Shown here: positions 48,642 to 58,255 of the stretch, piece by piece
Layout: every line of letters begins with the position of its first letter
How positions within the stretch are numbered: the stretch's first letter is position 1
Source: Chloroflexota bacterium
GTDB lineage: Bacteria > Chloroflexota > Dehalococcoidia > Lucifugimonadales > QGNO01
Direction of reading: 5' to 3'
Assembly: GCA_003228195.2 (NCBI GenBank)
Contig: QGNO01000001.1
Location: 85,550-149,549 of the forward strand
Length of the DNA: 64,000 nucleotides
The notes under the pieces: model-generated
Database searches by the model: none
What the model was told of the DNA's origin: nothing
Seen by the model: the letters and a program-made list of their open reading frames with translations, nothing else
Translations under genes and position numbers: made by a program

Positions 48642-51167
48642 TTAACTTTTCATTGATATAAGAGGTGGCCCGGAACATGAGAATCCCCCACGTTTCTTAG
48701 AGGATGTTGAGGTCGCTGTGCTTTCAGCTTTTGAAAGCACAGCCGTTTTTGCGGGTGCCGTTTCTGTAGAAGACGCTTTTATGTTAACTCGACGTTCTGC
48801 AAGTGACGAAACCTTGTCGCTTGAACCTACCAAGAATAGATGGTACATCCCATTGACCATTTTGCCAGTTATCTCTGAAGGAATTGTTAGGCTATATGCA
48901 TTATCCGCCTTATTAGTTATGCCTTTGGCTAAGATACTACCATTTGATGGATCTATTAGAAGGTATCGTACATCGATTACTCCAGGGCCATCCATTGTCA
49001 GATTTATAGTAGATGGCGATCCAATTAAGATGTTGGAGGACTCAACTCTCGAAAACCTAATTTGTGGGGGCGATCCCTTGTACCAATCTCCCGGTTTGAA
49101 AGGATAAGTTGGGTCGCGAAAAGCGACAATCTCGGCAAATTGAGACGGTGGATCATATCGGGTCAGCTTGAATGGTCCGTTGCTGATAACAGCCATTTCA
49201 AACTTGTCTATCCAGTCTAAAGCAGCCTGATATCGGTCGACAGCGTCTTGATTGGAGACTGAAACGCCTGCACTTTCGAAGGTATCTTTCGGATAATTAT
49301 TAGTATCTCGCAGTTTGATCAATGCACGTCGTAATAGGCGGACATCGTTATTCATTACCAAGTTTAACCAAGGAACGCTGAATCTTTGGGCTGCAGTATC
49401 AGTATAAGCGGCCCTCCTATCCTCGAAAACTAACTTATCCATTGCGGCCATGATTTCCCAAGGCATACTGACGCTGGCCATGTTTGCGTATTCTGCTATG
49501 TAATCATTTGCAAAGTGCCAGTAGTCTACGTAAACCTCCAACTTATTTGGGTCAATTACTCTGATACCTCTTACGGTATCTAAGAACGGTTTACTTGTTA
49601 CAGCTAACGCAAATTCCACCTTAGATTTATCTTCATCTAGCACTCGGTCAAATGCCTGTCCCACTGTGTAAAGAACATCCGCCATTGTTATAGGTTGATT
49701 GTGATGCCACTTGGATTGAAAAAACAGTGAATAATCAAAGGTGACTTTGCTGGTAGCTTTTACTCCATCTCCAATTGATATGAATTGATCGTTCTTTGCA
49801 TCCCATAACTGAGCATTGGCTGGTACGTTCATTTTGTCTTTAGGCCCAAATGTATCCACTTTGTACGAGGCGCGGAAAGGGATGGGAAGTCCTGTGAAAG
49901 GATCCCTCCACAATGGTGGATCGTGAAGATTGTTCCAGATGTCGGTGCTGTACAAGTCCCCAAAGCCGCCAATTGGATTCCAGGTTGTCCGTTCCGTCCA
50001 AACCCATAGGTTACCTACTGTCAGAGTGTCCTTTCCTGGGACGTGAGCTTCCCGTAAAGTCCAAATAGATTTTGGTCCTGCCGATATATCTTGGGTAACA
50101 CCTCGCAAGTCTTTTGAAGTTGGCAGGCTGTTTACAATTGTAGCTAGCCATATCCTGACTGATTCTTCCAGAGCTACTGTGGTAATGTCTTCGTAGATTC
50201 TGTTGCGCTCGTTTATGTTTTGGAAGTCGCCTCGGAACAACTTTTTCCCTAGTTCATCCAATACGGGGTTTTCGTATTGCCAAAAACCTATTTCCTGCCA
50301 ACCTGGCATGTTACCGAGCCAAGGGGCGTTCATGCTGTTTGCTGTGCCATAATCAAACCGTTCGGCTGCTCCTCTGCCCCATCCCTCTGTGTATAGATGC
50401 CATTGGAATAATTTTGGATCCGTTCCATAAACTGAAAGTATCGCTGGAGCGAAATTCAGATAGGTTGGTGCAACAGTGAATCCCAGCTTGTCTAATTCGG
50501 CCCTGATCAGATCGCCAACTTCACGACGCTCATCCTCAACTCGGATAATGAATTTCACTTGTACAGGCTTTCCATTGTAGTGCCACTTATCTTTTTCCAA
50601 TGTTGCGCCAGAGCTAACCATAGCTTCTTGAACGAGATCTTTGGCAAATTCGGGATCGTATCTTATGTCAAGAGTTTTGAGTTTGGAATAAACGGTTAAG
50701 TAGTCATAATCAAAAGGACCGACATGTGCGACCATCGATTTAGCCAGTCCTTTATATATTTCGTTTGATATGAATTTCCGGTCGATTGCATATTGGAGAG
50801 CTTGCCGTACCTCTTTTATAGAAAAAGGATTAATTTCTCCATCAGGAGCCGGGGCTGGGTTCAATACGAGAGAAATTGATGTAGCCGGGGCTTCATACAT
50901 AGTGATATTGTCGGCATTTTTTAGTTGTCTGGCAGCCTCAGTCTTCAGGCTAAAAATATAGAAGTCCATATCGCCATTAGCCAGAGATTGACTGGCTAGG
51001 TCGACATGGAATGATTGAAAGTGAATTCGCTCTGATGCCGGACCACGTTGGCTGTGTGGCGGCGTGAAGTCATCACTCGGCTGTGCAAGTACGCCTGGCC
51101 CGATTTCTAGTCCGATCACCAGCACTAGGAGTAGAAATCCAAATCTAAATCTATGACTCATATGCAT
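48642..51167 (-). CDS. Oversized family-5 ABC substrate-binding protein (841 aa)
   Basis: Signal peptide. SBP_bac_5 hallmarks are NPFSIKEVRQALQYAIDR and NGPFKLTRYDP. There is a ~150-aa C-terminal extension ending in a Ser/Thr/Ala-rich tail. It heads the permease and ATPase genes. Confidence 0.85.
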   Translation of the reverse strand: MHMSHRFRFGFLLLVLVIGLEIGPGVLAQPSDDFTPPHSQRGPASERIHFQSFHVDLASQSLANGDMDFYIFSLKTEAARQLKNADNITMYEAPATSISLVLNPAPAPDGEINPFSIKEVRQALQYAIDRKFISNEIYKGLAKSMVAHVGPFDYDYLTVYSKLKTLDIRYDPEFAKDLVQEAMVSSGATLEKDKWHYNGKPVQVKFIIRVEDERREVGDLIRAELDKLGFTVAPTYLNFAPAILSVYGTDPKLFQWHLYTEGWGRGAAERFDYGTANSMNAPWLGNMPGWQEIGFWQYENPVLDELGKKLFRGDFQNINERNRIYEDITTVALEESVRIWLATIVNSLPTSKDLRGVTQDISAGPKSIWTLREAHVPGKDTLTVGNLWVWTERTTWNPIGGFGDLYSTDIWNNLHDPPLWRDPFTGLPIPFRASYKVDTFGPKDKMNVPANAQLWDAKNDQFISIGDGVKATSKVTFDYSLFFQSKWHHNQPITMADVLYTVGQAFDRVLDEDKSKVEFALAVTSKPFLDTVRGIRVIDPNKLEVYVDYWHFANDYIAEYANMASVSMPWEIMAAMDKLVFEDRRAAYTDTAAQRFSVPWLNLVMNNDVRLLRRALIKLRDTNNYPKDTFESAGVSVSNQDAVDRYQAALDWIDKFEMAVISNGPFKLTRYDPPSQFAEIVAFRDPTYPFKPGDWYKGSPPQIRFSRVESSNILIGSPSTINLTMDGPGVIDVRYLLIDPSNGSILAKGITNKADNAYSLTIPSEITGKMVNGMYHLFLVGSSDKVSSLAERRVNIKASSTETAPAKTAVLSKAESTATSTSSKKRGGFSCSGPPLISMKS

Positions 51168-51186
51168 TCCGTTTGATAAATGCCTC

Positions 51187-53520
51187 TTAGGTTGAAGCGG
51201 TTCTATTCCTTCTGATTAGCATGGTTAGCAACACACCACCGGCAATTATTGGAATTGCTGACGCCGCCAGAAGTAACTTGAGTAATGTAGATGGTGAATT
51301 GTCTCCTACAGCCTCTTCCCCAGATTGAATCTGAGATATAGATTCTCTTAGATGTTTTATCTCTTCAGCGAGGCTTTCTGACCCAGTGCCGTCACCATTT
51401 AAGAACTGGAGGCTAGCGGTTAGTTTGTCGATTTTTTCGGTGGTCTTTTGAAGGTTGTCGAAGCCGAAATCCATAAAGAAAGAAGACGAAGCAATGTTTC
51501 CAGACTCCTCAATAGCCCGAACAGTGTGGGCTCCTTCTCCGGAAATTGGCATAAATATCTGCGCTGAGAACCTTCCATCGGGGTTTGTCCGAGTGGTAGA
51601 AATTATTACCCCGGCAACTTCTAGAAACACGTTACGTTCAGGTTGGAAATTGAAGCCTTGTATGACAACATCTTTACCACCAGCACCAGATGGAGGGGAG
51701 ATGAATATCGATGGAGCTGGCATAAGTTTTTTTCGTGCGAACCCAATTTTTTGATTTAATCCGCCGAATTCACCTAGGCGACTGTCAGCCCAGGCCATGT
51801 AGACATCATCTTTTGTGGATGCAATAGCAAAATAGTCTCCTAGGAAACGGCCGCCAGGGAAAGCCCTGTTTGGATTTGAAGGAAAGTCAGTTACTCGACT
51901 GTTTATTCCCCAAGTCTTTCCGCGGTCGTCGGAGGTAGCATAGTAGATGTGGTAACTTACGTTTTTCGGATCGTCTCTGAAATCCCCCCACATGGCGTGT
52001 AGGTGACCATTGGGATCAATGGTGATTTCCGGGAAGAACTGAAACGCACTTCCTTGATCATCATTTATAATTTTCCGTCGACTCCAGCTATTACCCTTGT
52101 CATTAGAGTTCACGAAGTAAACATCTCCGTCATCATTCGGGTCATCTGAAGGCATAGCTACCCACAGTACGTAGACATCGTCATTGTCACCTATTGCCAG
52201 TTTAGGAAAAGCTGAAGCCCATGAACGGAAGGGATGGTCTCTAGACCTAAATCCTGGCTCCAGAAAACCACTTGCCCGGCGAGGTTGCTGGAAAGATCTC
52301 CCACCATTGTCTGATCTTGTCACGTAGATTTCTCCAAGTCCCTCGAACGAGTCGTCATTTGTAGAGTCAACCCAAGATACGTAAACTGTTCCATCGCCCG
52401 CCACGTCCACGTCTGGGCCTTGGACAATTTGGCGGTTGCTCGTAGCTTGACCTGCTTCGGCTTGAGCCGGAGGCGCATTTATGGAATCTGGTTGATCCGT
52501 ATCAATAGGATTGAAAAGGATATTGAAGACAGCTCTTGGACTGACCTCAATGGGGGCAGTCCAAGTAACGCCACCATCTGCAGAACTGACTAACTCTATT
52601 ACAGTCTCTAATTTGCTTGAGGCAATAAATGGCAGCTCATCCATCCAAAGGACGGAGGCGGTTTCCATGAAATTGGTATAGACCACATAGATTACGTCTT
52701 TTGAAGGATCCGTAGGGCTAGGTCCAACCGCCATCCAAGGTTTATCCAGAAATCCAACCTGTATCTCCCCTCGGACTCTTCCGTCGCTACTAGGTAAAAC
52801 CTTAGATGAGAACTTAGCCCTTGATGAGACGGTAGGTTCAATCCATGACAGACCACCATCTTCGGATCGAGCTATCGATATTGAAGATATCATCGCAGAG
52901 CCAACCAAGGGCCCGATAGTAAACTCCTCTATGTCCAAAGAGATAGAGGCGAGATAAGCAGTGCCTTCTTGATTGAACGCTACTATTGGATCACCAGCAG
53001 ACCCCAAGTCTGTCTTAGGATATTTTGCTCTGGCTGGACCTTCCCATGTTGCTCCTCCGTCTATGGTGGAGTAGGTAGTCATGTTCGGAAAATTGTAGTC
53101 GATCATGCCGACAATAATGTGCTCGGGGTCGTTAGGGTCTATAGCAATGCTTGGTTCGGTTTGAAATGGGGCCTGGGAGAAATCACTTGGTATTAAGATG
53201 TTGCGGCTGAACTTCGCTGATGGATCGCGATACGGAACAAGTGCGGCACCGCCGCCTGCCTGTTGCGAAGGGGATCCTGAAACGGCCGTATTAGGTGCAA
53301 CAATGCTACCTTTGGAATCAAAGTTCATAACAGGATCTTGCCCAGTGGTGATTAACCAGTTTCGCCCTGAGAGGCGGTCGCGGATGGTGCTAGAAGGAGC
53401 CACTAGCTCCCCAGGCTTCAGTTTAGTTATGTCTTTGGTTGCGTCATCAGCGGTAGCTACTAGAGGTATTAGTGTTATACCTAATGTAAAGATGAAAGCC
53501 AAGGTTATTTTGATTTTCAA
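51187..53520 (-). CDS. Surface-anchored BNR/Asp-box six-bladed beta-propeller protein with an IPT/TIG-like domain and a C-terminal TM anchor
   Basis: Six Asp-box-like motifs: TIDGGATW, SEDGGLSW, SADGGVTW, SDNGGRSF, SNDKGNSW, SDDRGKTW. N-terminal signal peptide and C-terminal TM LLLAASAIPIIAGGVLLTMLIRRNR. I saw no sialidase FRIP motif. Confidence 0.8.
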   Translation of the reverse strand: MKIKITLAFIFTLGITLIPLVATADDATKDITKLKPGELVAPSSTIRDRLSGRNWLITTGQDPVMNFDSKGSIVAPNTAVSGSPSQQAGGGAALVPYRDPSAKFSRNILIPSDFSQAPFQTEPSIAIDPNDPEHIIVGMIDYNFPNMTTYSTIDGGATWEGPARAKYPKTDLGSAGDPIVAFNQEGTAYLASISLDIEEFTIGPLVGSAMISSISIARSEDGGLSWIEPTVSSRAKFSSKVLPSSDGRVRGEIQVGFLDKPWMAVGPSPTDPSKDVIYVVYTNFMETASVLWMDELPFIASSKLETVIELVSSADGGVTWTAPIEVSPRAVFNILFNPIDTDQPDSINAPPAQAEAGQATSNRQIVQGPDVDVAGDGTVYVSWVDSTNDDSFEGLGEIYVTRSDNGGRSFQQPRRASGFLEPGFRSRDHPFRSWASAFPKLAIGDNDDVYVLWVAMPSDDPNDDGDVYFVNSNDKGNSWSRRKIINDDQGSAFQFFPEITIDPNGHLHAMWGDFRDDPKNVSYHIYYATSDDRGKTWGINSRVTDFPSNPNRAFPGGRFLGDYFAIASTKDDVYMAWADSRLGEFGGLNQKIGFARKKLMPAPSIFISPPSGAGGKDVVIQGFNFQPERNVFLEVAGVIISTTRTNPDGRFSAQIFMPISGEGAHTVRAIEESGNIASSSFFMDFGFDNLQKTTEKIDKLTASLQFLNGDGTGSESLAEEIKHLRESISQIQSGEEAVGDNSPSTLLKLLLAASAIPIIAGGVLLTMLIRRNRTAST

Positions 53521-53755
53521 GCTTTATACTCCGTTAGCGTTTTATTTTCAGCAAGACCTATGCATGGAATCTCTTAAAGCTATGAAAATGGCCCTACGTT
53601 CCGATGTTATTATAAGGTATATGAGTTGGAATGTGAGCATAGTTGTGCTTGGAGCCCATATTTACCATTACGACTTTGTCTCGAATATATATGAAAATGG
53701 AGTGTTGAGAAAGAAGAATGATTGGTGATTTAGCTATTGTTCTTGGGTTGGGATC

Positions 53756-55981
53756 TTGATCAAAGGCGTTAGATTTACTTTTCTTGTTGTGTCTATTGTC
53801 GCATTGATTTCATGCACAACGACCTCTGAAGCTGACTTGAGTGACCAGCTTTCTCCCACTATAGAGCCTACCAACACTGTTGTGCCGGATCCTACTGCTA
53901 CTCGAGCGCCGGATCCTACAAAAACACCTGTAGTTACTGTATCCCCTACGCCATTGCCGACTGTAATTGCCAGTCCTACATCCGAGATTGAGACACCGAA
54001 GATACCTGAGTCATTCCTCACTTTTACGGAATCAACCTTTGGTTTCCAACTGCGATACCCGCGCTTTTGGAATGTGTCTACCCAAGTTAACCCTCCACTT
54101 ATGGCCATTATGGGAGATCCACACGATGAGAATGCGCCTATATTGCAAGTGAGATTAGGTTACAATTCAGAAATAGTAACGGCGGATGCCGCGGTAGATC
54201 AGATGCTCCCTCAATTGTTTAGTCGCTCTGGCTTTCGTACTATCGATGAGTCGTTTATTAGTCTTGGTGACGGTTCAAAAGGATTTCATACTACATACCA
54301 GTGGCGGGGTGAAAACGGGGAAGAACAGGGCATACTTTTCGCAGCTATAAGAGGATCGAAAAACCTGATTATTCTTGTCGAGTCATCCAAGGAAAAGATT
54401 CAGGCTCATCAGGATGAACTTTTTACTGTAATTTCCAGCGCTTCTTTTGTTGATCCTCAACCTTTTGGCATTCCTCGGGAACAAGCATTAACACTATATT
54501 TTGATGACGGACCGTTGCTACTTGATCCGGCAGTGGCCCAAGAGACACAAACGATAAGATATATCACCCAAATATTCTCAGGGTTGACATCGTTCAACGA
54601 GGACTCACTATTGACCCTGGAACTTGCTAGAAGTTGGGATGTTTCCGCAGATGGTATGGTTTACACTTTCACATTGCGTGATGATGCAAGATTCCATGAT
54701 GGTAGGAAAGTGACGTCTGGGGACGTCAAATTTTCATGGGAGCGGGCAGTAAGCTTGGATTCTGTTTCGGCGACCGCTCGAACGTATTTGGGCGATATAG
54801 TTGGGATAGAGCAGTTTATAGACGGCAGTTCCACGGACATTAGTGGAGTTCAAGTTGTGGATGAAGCCACCCTTCAGGTCACTATAGATGCGCCGAAGGC
54901 CTATTTCCTATCAAAATTGACACATTCGTCAACTTTTGTTGTAGACGAGAACCAGGTGACAGCTGTAGAGGCGAACAGTGTTCCTTGGTGGTCAACCCCT
55001 AACGGAACAGGCCCGTTCAAGCTGACAAAGTGGGAACCCGGGCGGGTCATGGTGCTCCAGGCTAACGAAAATTTTTATCGCAATCCCCCAGTAATTCCGT
55101 ACATCGTTTATAAGCTGTTTGGTGGCGTCCCACGTTTGATGTATGAGAATGGTGAAATAGATGTGGCTAGTATTTATGCCGACGAATTGTCGATAGTGAA
55201 AGGTGTCAATTACCAATTCGCTGATGAGTTACGGCAATCGTCTGAGTTCAGCGTTCACTACGTGGGATTTAGATCAGACAGGGCCCCGTTTGATGATCCA
55301 TTGGTTCGTAAAGCCTTTCTAATCGCCTTAGACAGAAAAACTCTGGTGGAAGATAGAATAGGTGATTCGGGGGAACTAGCTCAAGGGTTCTTGCCTCCCG
55401 GCCATCCAAGTTACAATGCCAAGATTCCTAAAATACCATTTGATTCCGAAGAGGCAAAGCGTCTTCTGTCTCAATCAAGTTATGGAACGGATGGGCTGCC
55501 GAATCTGATTTATTCGGCACAGGGAGCAACTAGGCCTTCAGCGATAGTGTCTAGTCTGATTGAAATGTGGCGGACAAATTTGGGAGCTAACGTTGAGATT
55601 CAACTGGCAGACTCTGACCTATATTTTTACGTGTTAGACCTGTTAGATGACAACCTTTTTACGTATGGATGGGTCGCGGACTACTTGGACCCTCACAACT
55701 TCCTTGATGTGCTTTTCCACTCCAAATCAAAAAATAATATAGGCGGTTATAAGAACGATAAGTTAGATAAATTGCTTGAGGATGCGAGAACTGAGCAGGA
55801 TCCCTCGGTCCGATTAAGTCTGTATCGCAAAGCAGAAATGCTTATTGTCGAAGACGCAGCTGCCATACCTCTCTACCATGGAAGCAACCACGTCTTAGTA
55901 AAACCCTACGTTAAGAATCTGATACTCACTCCCTTTGGCATGTTGAATTTCAGGTCTACTCTCCTCAACAGTAACAAGTAA
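53756..55981 (+). CDS. Family-5 ABC substrate-binding lipoprotein with a Pro/Thr linker and an extra N-terminal domain (741 aa); no adjacent permease
   Basis: Lipobox ALISC and PT-rich linker (PDPTATRAPDPTKTPVVTVSPTPLP). A ~200-aa domain beginning FGFQLRYPRFWNV follows. The SBP_bac_5 body then carries GPFKLTKWEPG and FDDPLVRKAFLIALDR. Confidence 0.85.
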   Translation: MIKGVRFTFLVVSIVALISCTTTSEADLSDQLSPTIEPTNTVVPDPTATRAPDPTKTPVVTVSPTPLPTVIASPTSEIETPKIPESFLTFTESTFGFQLRYPRFWNVSTQVNPPLMAIMGDPHDENAPILQVRLGYNSEIVTADAAVDQMLPQLFSRSGFRTIDESFISLGDGSKGFHTTYQWRGENGEEQGILFAAIRGSKNLIILVESSKEKIQAHQDELFTVISSASFVDPQPFGIPREQALTLYFDDGPLLLDPAVAQETQTIRYITQIFSGLTSFNEDSLLTLELARSWDVSADGMVYTFTLRDDARFHDGRKVTSGDVKFSWERAVSLDSVSATARTYLGDIVGIEQFIDGSSTDISGVQVVDEATLQVTIDAPKAYFLSKLTHSSTFVVDENQVTAVEANSVPWWSTPNGTGPFKLTKWEPGRVMVLQANENFYRNPPVIPYIVYKLFGGVPRLMYENGEIDVASIYADELSIVKGVNYQFADELRQSSEFSVHYVGFRSDRAPFDDPLVRKAFLIALDRKTLVEDRIGDSGELAQGFLPPGHPSYNAKIPKIPFDSEEAKRLLSQSSYGTDGLPNLIYSAQGATRPSAIVSSLIEMWRTNLGANVEIQLADSDLYFYVLDLLDDNLFTYGWVADYLDPHNFLDVLFHSKSKNNIGGYKNDKLDKLLEDARTEQDPSVRLSLYRKAEMLIVEDAAAIPLYHGSNHVLVKPYVKNLILTPFGMLNFRSTLLNSNK

Positions 55982-56030
55982 TGTGATCTGATGGTGATAA
56001 ATATACATCGGAGGCATGTCTTTCACTGTT

Positions 56031-57677
56031 CTAGCTTAATCTAGAGAAAGCGGACTCCTCTTTGGTCATTATCTCTATCAAGGCTGATTTGCCACGTCTG
56101 TTAGCTTCGAGTGCGGTTTCAATGCCTCTCTGGATATCGTCAGGCTTTTCTATTCTTTCACTTTCTAGACCCATGGATTCTGCGAATTTCATGTAGTTTC
56201 CGCCTAGCAAATGTGTGCCAAATTGCTCACTCGCGTTCGGCATTCTATCTCGATATCCACCCATTACACCGTTATTCAGAACAATAGTAATTATAGGTGC
56301 TTCTGCGCGCACTGAAGTTTCAAAATCGAGCCCAGCCATACCTATAGCAGCGTCTCCTACAACATGGACAACCGTTTTATCTGGGGCAGCCAATTTCGCG
56401 CCTATAGATATACCTAGGGAGTATCCGAGCTGCGTAGAGTTGCCCCATCCTATGTAACCGTTAGGGTGGGTGGCATTGTAAAAAGGGATTAATTGGTCAC
56501 GGGGATTTCCTGAATCATGAGTCATTATTGTCGTGGCTTTGTCGAGTACATGATCCAATTCGAATATCACCCTGTATGGATTTATAGGTATCTCATTAGA
56601 GGTTAATAGAGGTTTCCATTCCTCAAGCCATCTTTTTTTCTGAATAGCGACTTCATTTTCAACGTTATTAGCGAAGTACTCATCTCTAGATGCAATTTGG
56701 CTTTTTGCCTCATTGATTAATTGTCTGAGGATTAGCTTGGGATTGCCAAGCACAGCATGGTGCAAGGCGTATTCGTTGTTGAGGTCCCTTTCGTCATCTG
56801 TACACTGGATCAAAACTTTTCCAGCAGGTATACGACAGGACATTAGTGAAGTATGGAACGTGGAACCCAGTCCAAGTATTAAGTCTGCCTCATGCAAGAA
56901 GTGATCGACCATTCCTGTGACAGTTGCCCCTCCATTGCCGATTGAAAGAGGGTGATTTTCCGGAAAGGCACTTTTGCCAGGCGTTATTGTCATAACGGGT
57001 ATCTGAAGAAGTTCTGCAAATTCTTGCAATTCGTCCCATGCTTCGGCTTGTATTACTCCTTGACCCACATGAAGCAAAGGTTTCTTTGCTGAAAGTAGCG
57101 TTTTTACTGCGTCCTTTATATCTTGGGGGTCTCCTGCGCTTTTCTGCCCAAGTATGGGGCTGTATTCGAACTCCTTGTCGCTTATTTCCTCTGAATAAAC
57201 GTCGGTCGGTATTTCTAATAAGACAGGACCGATTTTTCCTGTTCTCAGGTTTCGAAACGCATAGCGTAACATTTCGGGTATCCTTGGAGCCATGTTAAGT
57301 TCGGCACTCCATTTGGTGACATTTCTGTAGTTTATTGCAGCGGGAAAAGATGGATGGACGTTTGTCATATGTCTTTCGGTTCCGCTGGGTAAAACGAGAA
57401 TAGGGATAGAGTCGGCGTAGGCGTGGGCGACACCACCGAAAGCATTTTCTATTCCCGGCCCGTATTGTGTGGCTATAACTCCAATACGACCTCGGCCAGC
57501 GATTCTCGTATACCCATCTGCCATATTGACAGCGCCTCGTTCAGTGCGGGCGAGAATGGGTTTGATCCCGACTTTGGCTGCCTCGTCAATCAGCGGGTTA
57601 GACGGAAAGCAGAAGAGGTATTCAACAGATTCCATTTTCAGAATTTTCGCAATGGCCGTAACACCTTTCATGAACAC
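56031..57677 (-). CDS. Thiamine-diphosphate-dependent enzyme (acetolactate synthase large-subunit-like)
   Basis: ThDP motif GDAAIGMAGLDFETS...LNNGVMGG and N-terminal PYR domain (ERGAVNMADGY). 548 aa. The substrate cannot be told from the sequence. Confidence 0.9.
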   Translation of the reverse strand: MFMKGVTAIAKILKMESVEYLFCFPSNPLIDEAAKVGIKPILARTERGAVNMADGYTRIAGRGRIGVIATQYGPGIENAFGGVAHAYADSIPILVLPSGTERHMTNVHPSFPAAINYRNVTKWSAELNMAPRIPEMLRYAFRNLRTGKIGPVLLEIPTDVYSEEISDKEFEYSPILGQKSAGDPQDIKDAVKTLLSAKKPLLHVGQGVIQAEAWDELQEFAELLQIPVMTITPGKSAFPENHPLSIGNGGATVTGMVDHFLHEADLILGLGSTFHTSLMSCRIPAGKVLIQCTDDERDLNNEYALHHAVLGNPKLILRQLINEAKSQIASRDEYFANNVENEVAIQKKRWLEEWKPLLTSNEIPINPYRVIFELDHVLDKATTIMTHDSGNPRDQLIPFYNATHPNGYIGWGNSTQLGYSLGISIGAKLAAPDKTVVHVVGDAAIGMAGLDFETSVRAEAPIITIVLNNGVMGGYRDRMPNASEQFGTHLLGGNYMKFAESMGLESERIEKPDDIQRGIETALEANRRGKSALIEIMTKEESAFSRLS

Positions 57678-57723
57678 CTCGATATTCGCTAGTTGTCGAA
57701 AGATTATATAAAGGCTTCAGTTG

Positions 57724-57741
57724 AGTCAATCACGGTTGACT
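57724..57741. promoter_or_regulatory. 6-6-6 inverted repeat AGTCAA-tcacgg-TTGACT in the divergent ThDP-enzyme/rpiB intergenic region
   Basis: Read directly. The right arm TTGACT also works as a -35 box, 17 nt upstream of CAGAAT (57759-57764). It may be an operator overlapping an rpiB promoter. Confidence 0.2.
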
Positions 57742-57793
57742 GCTTGCGTCTGTTCGTACAGAATTGTGACACGTTTTAATAAGGGAGAAGCTT

Positions 57794-58255
57794 GTGCGAA
57801 TCGCTATAGGTATGGACCACTGGGGATTCATTTGGAAAGAGGAAATTGTGTCTTTCCTTGAACAACAAGGACATGATCTGGTGGATAAAGGTGCATACCA
57901 GCATGATCCACATGACGATTATCCTGACTTTGTCGTATCCGTTGCACGAGCTGTTGCATCTGGTGAAGTCAGCCGGGGTATCGTTGTTTGCGGAAGTGGT
58001 GTTGGGGCTTCAATTGCAGCCAACAAGGTTCCAGGCGTCAGATCTGCTATGTGTCACGACTCATACTCGGCACATCAAGGCGTGGAACACGATGACATGA
58101 ACGTTTTGGCGATAGGCTCTAGGATAGTAGGGATTGAACTGGCAAAAGAACTGGTAGAAGCTTTCCTCTCTGCCAACTACACTGCTGAGGCCCGCCATCA
58201 GCGCAGGCTCGATAAAGTAAAGGCGATAGAGACAGAAGGGTTCAAGCCAGCCTAA
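57794..58255 (+). CDS. rpiB: Ribose-5-phosphate isomerase B (RpiB/LacAB family)
   Basis: RIAIGMDHWGF, VVCGSGVGASIAANKVPGVR, LAIGSRIVG. GTG start. Confidence 0.92.
   Translation: MRIAIGMDHWGFIWKEEIVSFLEQQGHDLVDKGAYQHDPHDDYPDFVVSVARAVASGEVSRGIVVCGSGVGASIAANKVPGVRSAMCHDSYSAHQGVEHDDMNVLAIGSRIVGIELAKELVEAFLSANYTAEARHQRRLDKVKAIETEGFKPA

Noticed and set aside
53563-53733. A possible ~56-codon ORF (MESLKAMKMALRSDV...) in the divergent intergenic region between the BNR gene and the second binding-protein gene. It forms part of track ORF 53198-53728.
   Set aside because: It has no RBS, an AT-rich composition and no recognisable features. The upstream part of the track ORF is antisense to the BNR gene. 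The region is more likely promoter DNA.
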